Part shown: piece by piece, positions 8,267 through 13,202 of the stretch
Position numbering within the stretch: position 1 is the stretch's first letter
How the letters are laid out: each line of letters begins with the position of its first letter
Virus record (IMG/VR): IMGVR_UViG_3300045988_115487
Span: 1-13,202 of that record
Strand: one strand, 5' to 3'
DNA from: a virus
Length of the DNA stretch: 13,202 nucleotides
Made by a program: the position numbers and the translations under genes
Notes under the pieces: generated by a model
The model's database searches: none
What the model was told of the DNA's origin: nothing
Seen by the model: the letters and a program-made list of their open reading frames with translations, nothing else

Positions 8267-8619
8267 TTCACGTATCCTGCAACAAGGAAGTCCCTGCCAC
8301 GCTGTGATTTTTTGAAAAATACAGATACTTTTCTGAAGTCCTCACCGCATTTTTCTGCCATTGTGATGATACGCTCGAAAGACTGAATGAATGAGGCTGA
8401 GGTTGTCACGAAAACTGTATCCGTTTTCACTTCTTCGATTGACAGAGTTTTTACCACTTCACCCTTTGCGTTCACATCTTCCACAATAGCGTAGTAGCCA
8501 AACTCAACAGTTGTTCCGGCGGCGTTGGAAAGACGGATTCTGCCCTCATCTTCGAACATTTTGAACATTAATTCCATTGTGTACTCATTTTCCTTGATGT
8601 TTGTTTTGATAATTTTCAT
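8263..8619 (-). CDS. Hypothetical protein; ssDNA-binding function possible by size and context only
   Basis: 118 aa, beta-rich. SD AAAGGAG upstream. Stop overlaps the next gene's ATG. Confidence 0.7.
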   Translation of the reverse strand: MKIIKTNIKENEYTMELMFKMFEDEGRIRLSNAAGTTVEFGYYAIVEDVNAKGEVVKTLSIEEVKTDTVFVTTSASFIQSFERIITMAEKCGEDFRKVSVFFKKSQRGRDFLVAGYVK

Positions 8620-8655
8620 GCTGTTTTCTCCTTTTTTCTTTTATGCTGTTTTTCT

Positions 8656-8871
8656 CTACTTTCCATAGTGTACAAATTCAGCCTCTGTCATGGATGCTTT
8701 CACAACCTCTGTATCCATAGACACTTTTACAGCTTTTACTCCTGTCTCAGCTTCATAAGATTTTTTAATCTTTGTAGCTGTTACATTTGCACCGTAGTAG
8801 GTTTTTTCAACAGTCTGTCCGTTTTCGTCTGTAATCTTTGCTGTTACTTTCTCAATGCTTCTTGTAATCAT
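8656..8871 (-). CDS. Small hypothetical phage protein
   Basis: 71 aa (MITRSIEKVTAKITDENGQTVEKTYYGANVTATKIKK...MTEAEFVHYGK); SD AAGGAG; first gene after the 8917-8945 promoter. Confidence 0.7.
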   Translation of the reverse strand: MITRSIEKVTAKITDENGQTVEKTYYGANVTATKIKKSYEAETGVKAVKVSMDTEVVKASMTEAEFVHYGK

Positions 8872-8916
8872 GTTTTCAACTCCTTTTTATTTTGTTTTGT
8901 TTTTTGTTACAAGTAT

Positions 8917-8945
8917 ATAATAGCATATGTGAACGTGTATGTCAA
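8917..8945 (-). promoter_or_regulatory. Sigma70-type promoter for the packaging/structural/lysis cluster
   Basis: Minus strand TTGACA (8945-8940), 17-nt spacer, TATTAT (8922-8917), in the pol/71-aa gene gap. The -35 overlaps the polymerase TGA stop. Confidence 0.85.
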
Positions 8946-11029
8946 GCCTTTTCTTTAGTATTTTTTAAAAAATCGTGCCATAAGTCAACACTATTAAGAA
9001 CGTTTAAATATTCCAGTGTAAGCCCTACTGTATATTCAGAGGGTCGTATAACTACATTTCTGGTGATATACACGCTCTTGTCAGGGTTGGCAGGGTCTGG
9101 ACTATAATAGCCATAGTCTGTATCATTATAAACGGATTCCGTGCCACCTGCATCCCTGAATGTGGTTCCGATTTTCAGAGCTTCCAGACCACCCATTTTT
9201 TGCAGTTCCACCGCACCTTTTTCCTTTTCCACACCTGCTATTGTGATTTTGAGTCTACCGTTTTTTTCCTGCGCGTATTTTTTTGCACCTAGTGTAATAA
9301 ATCTATCCGACGTGCCCTCATATTCATACACGCCTAAATAATGTTCCACGCCTTTTGGGTCTGAAGCATGACCGCCATTATCTATGGAATCCTCCTTTAA
9401 TCGGATATTCAGTTCATCAAATTTATCCTTGATTTTGGGGTAACGCTCCGTCATCAATATTTTACATGAATCGGTATCACAATAAACAAAATCCTCGCCC
9501 GCGATGTTTACGGCAAGCTTGAGTCTCTGTCTGGCATGAGCAGTTACCCAACACCCCCACGCATACAGCATGAACGCTCTTTTGTTGTATTTCGCTAACT
9601 TTTCCGCTGTATCCCCATCCTCAACTGAAAACGGCTTGTCAGTGTTACTGTAAATAATATCAGGCTTGACCGGGTTTTGTGCCGCCATGCCATATAACGC
9701 ATTTATCAACTCTTTTGCTAGAGCGTATTCAAACTCCTTCCCTTTTACACCTTTTAAAGATGTTTTATCTGTAAACAAACTTTTCACTAGTTCCCTCAGA
9801 GATTCTGGTAGATAACCATATCCCGCTGTATAAAAATCTGTAAGTTCTGCCGTATCCCAGACGTATTCACCTTTTACAATCCCAAAATCGATATCATTTA
9901 GAGTGCATGAGTATTCACGTGCTGAGAGCAAGCGTCCGTTGTCCCAAACAGATTCGGTGCTTATGCAATACCCCTTATCTTTTGTCAGATAAGGCGCACC
10001 GTAATATACATCTTTTTGCCTGATATTTCGGAAATGGAACCGCCCCACGTATGCCTTGTGAAATTTTGTCCACCTTTCGAGGTCGTCCATACCGCAATTT
10101 CCCTGCCGCACAAATTTTGTCATTGGAAATTCGCAATTAAGCATAACGTCCGGATAAGAGCTTGCCCGGTCGAATGACGCAACGTTGTTGAGTATTTTTC
10201 CAACGTGATACCTGTTTGCATGCGTGTCACCACCCCTGAACTCTTCTCTGAGTAACGTGTATAAGCTCGTGTCACACATCATATTATGCAGTTTTTTATA
10301 ATTGTACTGTTTCATAGCTTGCCTTGCTTCTCTTCTGACATAGCCAGTAGAGGTTAATGGGAGAGTGTATAAGGTATCGTTATTATCCGTCAATCGTTTA
10401 TGCATTGCCTGTAATAATCCTATCACATCGTTACACCCGTATTCAATTTCCCTAGTTGATAATTCTGTCCACGGGTAACGTTGTTTATTATAATCAAAAT
10501 CTTTCAGCTTCTGATTCTCTACCCCACTATCACTCAAAAACTTGTCAAGACTTTTGTGCGTTTGCATATACGTACACCGGAACTCTAAATTCCCTTGCAT
10601 ATGATTTCCTGCTCTTATTCTGAGTATTTTACGAGGTTTGAGCGCAAACACCTCTTCTGGCTTTATTTCTATGTGTGAACGCAAAAACTGAAATTCGTAT
10701 GACAGGTTGTGCACAAAAGTCATTGTAATAAGGTGTTCATCTTCAATGCCTGTAAACAGTTCTTCGAGTTCGTCCCAATTTCTGCCGTACACGCATATTA
10801 TCTCATTATCGTCTAGTAATACGGCAAACTGCCATAAATACATAATGCTCTGTTCGATTCCAGAAAGTCGTGTAGTTTCAATGTCAAAAGCGCATATGCA
10901 ATTTCGGTACGACTGCTTTGCGAAGCGTTGTTTTCCTCTCATGTTAGGAGTTCTGTATATCTTCTGTATTCTATGTATCAATTCTTCTCTTTGCTTTTTG
11001 CCACTCCCTATACTGATTGAGTAATTCAT
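8942..11029 (-). CDS. Protein-primed family B DNA polymerase
   Basis: FDIETTRL (Exo I), YGCNDVIGL (Exo III-like), DRASSYPDVM (motif A), ELINALYGM (motif B), VYCDTDSCK (motif C). The track start at 11053 is TTG; the in-frame ATG at 11029 (or GTG at 11032) sits 9-12 nt after AGAGGTG and is more plausible. Confidence 0.93.
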   Translation of the reverse strand: MNYSISIGSGKKQREELIHRIQKIYRTPNMRGKQRFAKQSYRNCICAFDIETTRLSGIEQSIMYLWQFAVLLDDNEIICVYGRNWDELEELFTGIEDEHLITMTFVHNLSYEFQFLRSHIEIKPEEVFALKPRKILRIRAGNHMQGNLEFRCTYMQTHKSLDKFLSDSGVENQKLKDFDYNKQRYPWTELSTREIEYGCNDVIGLLQAMHKRLTDNNDTLYTLPLTSTGYVRREARQAMKQYNYKKLHNMMCDTSLYTLLREEFRGGDTHANRYHVGKILNNVASFDRASSYPDVMLNCEFPMTKFVRQGNCGMDDLERWTKFHKAYVGRFHFRNIRQKDVYYGAPYLTKDKGYCISTESVWDNGRLLSAREYSCTLNDIDFGIVKGEYVWDTAELTDFYTAGYGYLPESLRELVKSLFTDKTSLKGVKGKEFEYALAKELINALYGMAAQNPVKPDIIYSNTDKPFSVEDGDTAEKLAKYNKRAFMLYAWGCWVTAHARQRLKLAVNIAGEDFVYCDTDSCKILMTERYPKIKDKFDELNIRLKEDSIDNGGHASDPKGVEHYLGVYEYEGTSDRFITLGAKKYAQEKNGRLKITIAGVEKEKGAVELQKMGGLEALKIGTTFRDAGGTESVYNDTDYGYYSPDPANPDKSVYITRNVVIRPSEYTVGLTLEYLNVLNSVDLWHDFLKNTKEKA

Positions 11030-11429
11030 CACCAGATTTTTCACCTCTATCAATAAACAACTCTAGCGCTTTTGTGCTGTCATATACTCTCCCAAGCGAA
11101 TAATCACGAACGGACTCCATGAACTCACCAAACTCATTGAGTTCTTTATAGGTTTTAAATTTGACCCCCAACTCTTCAAGTTTTGCCATTTTCCGTCTGG
11201 CAATTCTCCTTTGTCCCGAGACGCTGTATAAATCAGATTTCTCAGCGTGTTCTAAGGCAGACAATGCGCCCCGTCTCTGGCGGGCGGTCACTATCTGACT
11301 TTCAGGTGGTAGTTGTTGTAGCATATACTGTATATCATTCTTTGCACCCATTCCAAAATTTCGGTTTTGGGCTAAGACTTTTAGTTTTCTTATCACCTTT
11401 GTGCGCCGTTTTGCGTAATCTGTCGTCAT
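10971..11429 (-). CDS. Candidate terminal protein (DNA replication primer)
   Basis: 152 aa, strongly basic N-terminus, immediately upstream of and overlapping the polymerase gene, as in phi29 gene 3-gene 2 order. SD GGAGG upstream. Functional call is positional. Confidence 0.5.
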   Translation of the reverse strand: MTTDYAKRRTKVIRKLKVLAQNRNFGMGAKNDIQYMLQQLPPESQIVTARQRRGALSALEHAEKSDLYSVSGQRRIARRKMAKLEELGVKFKTYKELNEFGEFMESVRDYSLGRVYDSTKALELFIDRGEKSGDELLNQYREWQKAKRRIDT

Positions 11430-11737
11430 GACACTATGTCCTCCATTTCGTGAATATGCCCCAAGTGAAACATTATCGCAGAACGGCTCAGTACTCGCGC
11501 TTTGCTCATATTACACTGTCTTGCCAATTTCTCCACTTCCCTGTATGTTCTGTCTGTGAGATATACGCTTGTGTTATATTTCGGCATAACTCGAGGGGAT
11601 ACTATAACCCGAGAACCTATGTCGCCGAACTCTGAAACAAAGTACACGGCGTGCTCCAAGTATTCACTCACGGTTGTCCCATATTCTTCTGACCAATTGT
11701 ATATTCTGATATCTAGACGGAGTGATAATTTTCTCAT
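11426..11737 (-). CDS. Ribbon-helix-helix-like DNA-binding protein
   Basis: 103 aa; NTSVYLTDRTYREVEKLARQCNMSKARVLSRSAIMFHL fits the RHH pattern; a weaker similar unit is at the N-terminus. Confidence 0.5.
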   Translation of the reverse strand: MRKLSLRLDIRIYNWSEEYGTTVSEYLEHAVYFVSEFGDIGSRVIVSPRVMPKYNTSVYLTDRTYREVEKLARQCNMSKARVLSRSAIMFHLGHIHEMEDIVS

Positions 11738-11895
11738 TGTTTTCTATCCTTTCGATCCTGTTTTCTTCTACGTTTTTCTTTCCGTCTATTTTCTCTGCCC
11801 ATTTCGTCTGTTGTGCCTAAGATATAACCTGAAACAAACATTATCACAAAAGTTATTAACAGACACATTGTGTCACTCATAGTTGTTGCTATCAT
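11734..11895 (-). CDS. Small single-TM protein with highly basic C-terminus
   Basis: The ATG at 11895 is preceded by GGAGGT with 7-nt spacing; MIATTMSDTMCLLITFVIMFVSGYILGTTDEMGRENRRKEKRRRKQDRKDRKQ (53 aa). Track start at 11934 is likely too far upstream. Confidence 0.65.
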   Translation of the reverse strand: MIATTMSDTMCLLITFVIMFVSGYILGTTDEMGRENRRKEKRRRKQDRKDRKQ

Positions 11896-11899
11896 TTTG

Positions 11900-12466
11900 C
11901 TACCTCCAATAAATATTTCTCTCATCACTATCACTAATCAAGAACACGTCGTCATATTCGGTATACTTATTCACATTCCCATCATGAAACAAAATACTAA
12001 TTCCGTTCTCTTCCACTTTCAAAAACCTCACATTTCTTTTAAATCCGTTTATATAAACAGTTTCCCCAAAATACCCTTTTTTAATCTTTCGGAATAGCTC
12101 TTTCAAATCATGATTAAAATCAATAATTAAACTGTGAATACCCGTATATTTGATTTCAGCGGTTAGACCGTAAAACTCAATTCCAGTTTCTCCTAGAATA
12201 GCGTCCTCACCTGCAAATTCGACAAAACCATTGATTGTAACTAGAGTGTCTTTAACCACGATAGCTTTTTTAAGCTCTTCTAACTCATCAACAGGCTCAA
12301 TAGGTACTAGACATGTATCTTCAATTCTTGATATGTCATTAAATAATGAAGCGTTGTAGCGTATGGAACCGTCTGAAAACCTATGGAAACTATACTTGCC
12401 ATTTTTGTTCATATATTCATCAAGCTCCTGAGTGTGTCTTATTATTAATTCGATTGTATCTGCCAT
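11900..12466 (-). CDS. Hypothetical early protein
   Basis: 188 aa; SD AAGGAG upstream; beta-rich C-terminal half; no family recognised. Confidence 0.75.
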   Translation of the reverse strand: MADTIELIIRHTQELDEYMNKNGKYSFHRFSDGSIRYNASLFNDISRIEDTCLVPIEPVDELEELKKAIVVKDTLVTINGFVEFAGEDAILGETGIEFYGLTAEIKYTGIHSLIIDFNHDLKELFRKIKKGYFGETVYINGFKRNVRFLKVEENGISILFHDGNVNKYTEYDDVFLISDSDERNIYWR

Positions 12467-12516
12467 TTATGCTCCTTTTCTCCCCGTTGTGCCGGTAGGA
12501 CAGCTTATTTCAATGT

Positions 12517-12753
12517 TTATCTGATACTACAACAAATTTTTACTTCTGCATAAGGAACACTAGCCACGATTCTTTTGCTACGGTCATATATAAACAATTC
12601 TTCCATATCGTCATCAAAATTTAATTTTACTCTATCAAAGAAGAAAAATAAGCCGTTTATAAAAACGCCACAAGAAGCACCATGATAACCTGTTCTAAAA
12701 ACTTTATTAAGCTCTCTAATTTTTTTGATGAAATATTTTTTATTTTTTTTCAT
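12517..12753 (-). CDS. Hypothetical early protein
   Basis: The ATG at 12753 (MKKNKKYFIKKIRELNKVF..., 78 aa) has an AAAGGGG SD 7 nt upstream; preferred over the track start at 12774. Confidence 0.65.
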   Translation of the reverse strand: MKKNKKYFIKKIRELNKVFRTGYHGASCGVFINGLFFFFDRVKLNFDDDMEELFIYDRSKRIVASVPYAEVKICCSIR

Positions 12754-12777
12754 TTTCGTACCCCTTTCACTCAATTT

Positions 12778-13041
12778 CAGGGAATAGTACTGAGTCCTCT
12801 CGCTCGCTTAATTCATCCGCTTCACAGCTAAATCAAGGATTAACGTCTAACTTGGCATTAGCTGGTGATTTTCTACTAAGTATCACCACTGTGCGTCATT
12901 GTCCTACTGCTCTCACTTTCTTTAAGTCCTTTACCGGGTACTTATTCTTCACACGCTCATTCCGATTTGTATCGGCATAACTGCCATGTTACTAACGTGT
13001 AGCCCTATGGGTTCCCGATCTTTCCTGCTTTCTATTCCCTG
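12778..13041 (-). ncRNA. Candidate structured RNA (~264 nt) at the right genome end
   Basis: 5' CAGGGAAUAG (13041-13032) is the perfect complement of 3' CUAUUCCCUG (12787-12778). Several internal helices can be drawn, there is no long ORF, and a strong promoter sits directly upstream. Confidence 0.6.
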
Positions 13042-13051
13042 TTACAATTAT

Positions 13052-13080
13052 ATAATACCACACTTATACCACAATGTCAA
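13052..13080 (-). promoter_or_regulatory. Sigma70-type early promoter firing leftward from the right end
   Basis: Minus strand TTGACA (13080-13075), 17-nt spacer, TATTAT (13057-13052), predicted start near 13045. Confidence 0.88.
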
Positions 13081-13129
13081 TAGTTTTTTATAATTATACC
13101 GCATTTTATTGTCTGTGTATAGCGCACAG

Positions 13130-13202
13130 CGTGTCCGTCATAGACATACACATGTGTCCGTGTGGGGAAGAAATTTGTCCGTCCACCACGGACTTGAGTA
13201 TT
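13130..13202. repeat. Right inverted terminal repeat (73 bp), presumed replication origin/end
   Basis: Exact reverse complement of positions 1-73. Confidence 0.98.

Noticed and set aside
10540-10560. TTGACA on the minus strand inside the polymerase gene as a third promoter
   Set aside because: No -10-like hexamer at 16-18 nt spacing and it is inside an essential coding region.
10707-11024. Plus-strand 105-aa Cys/Ser-rich ORF
   Set aside because: Antisense to the polymerase exonuclease region; likely fortuitous.
11502-11882. Plus-strand 126-aa hydrophobic ORF resembling a membrane protein
   Set aside because: Antisense across two supported minus-strand genes with good SDs; hydrophobicity can arise from the reverse complement of lysine/glutamate-rich coding.
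12962-12985. Treating GGCA-GUUA-UGCC and CCGAU-ACAA-AUCGG as two simultaneously complete hairpins
   Set aside because: They share two nucleotides (12974-12975), so only one can be full length or both must be trimmed.
12775-13129. Right-end non-coding region as a CRISPR, tRNA or transposon remnant
   Set aside because: No regularly spaced repeats, no tRNA cloverleaf with T-loop/anticodon pattern, and no transposase or flanking element; a structured RNA fits better.

Overview
The window looks like a complete linear genome of a small phi29-like, protein-primed podovirus. It is 13,202 bp with perfect 73-bp inverted terminal repeats at the extreme ends (1-73 and 13130-13202). All convincing genes are on the minus strand, read from the right end to the left end. 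The order is: small accessory/early ORFs, a candidate terminal protein, a protein-primed family B DNA polymerase, small ORFs, a packaging ATPase, a BhlA/UviB-like holin, an SH3-like protein, a Pro/Ala-rich protein, the major capsid protein, a tail knob protein, a tail lysozyme, a portal/upper collar, a lower-collar candidate, and an SGNH-hydrolase receptor-binding protein. Two near-identical sigma70-type promoters (TTGACA-17-TATTATATAnTTGTAACA) start the two halves, and a rho-independent terminator abuts the left ITR. The most interesting non-coding signals are: (1) a ~264-nt apparently structured RNA (12778-13041) closed by a perfect 10-bp end-to-end helix immediately downstream of the right-end promoter; (2) a candidate bistable RNA switch (7104-7195) upstream of the holin, in which one anti-SD strand can pair with either an upstream decoy or the holin Shine-Dalgarno; (3) a second SD-sequestering alternative fold just after the 264-nt RNA. 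All homology statements are from sequence recognition only. No database search or folding software was run.
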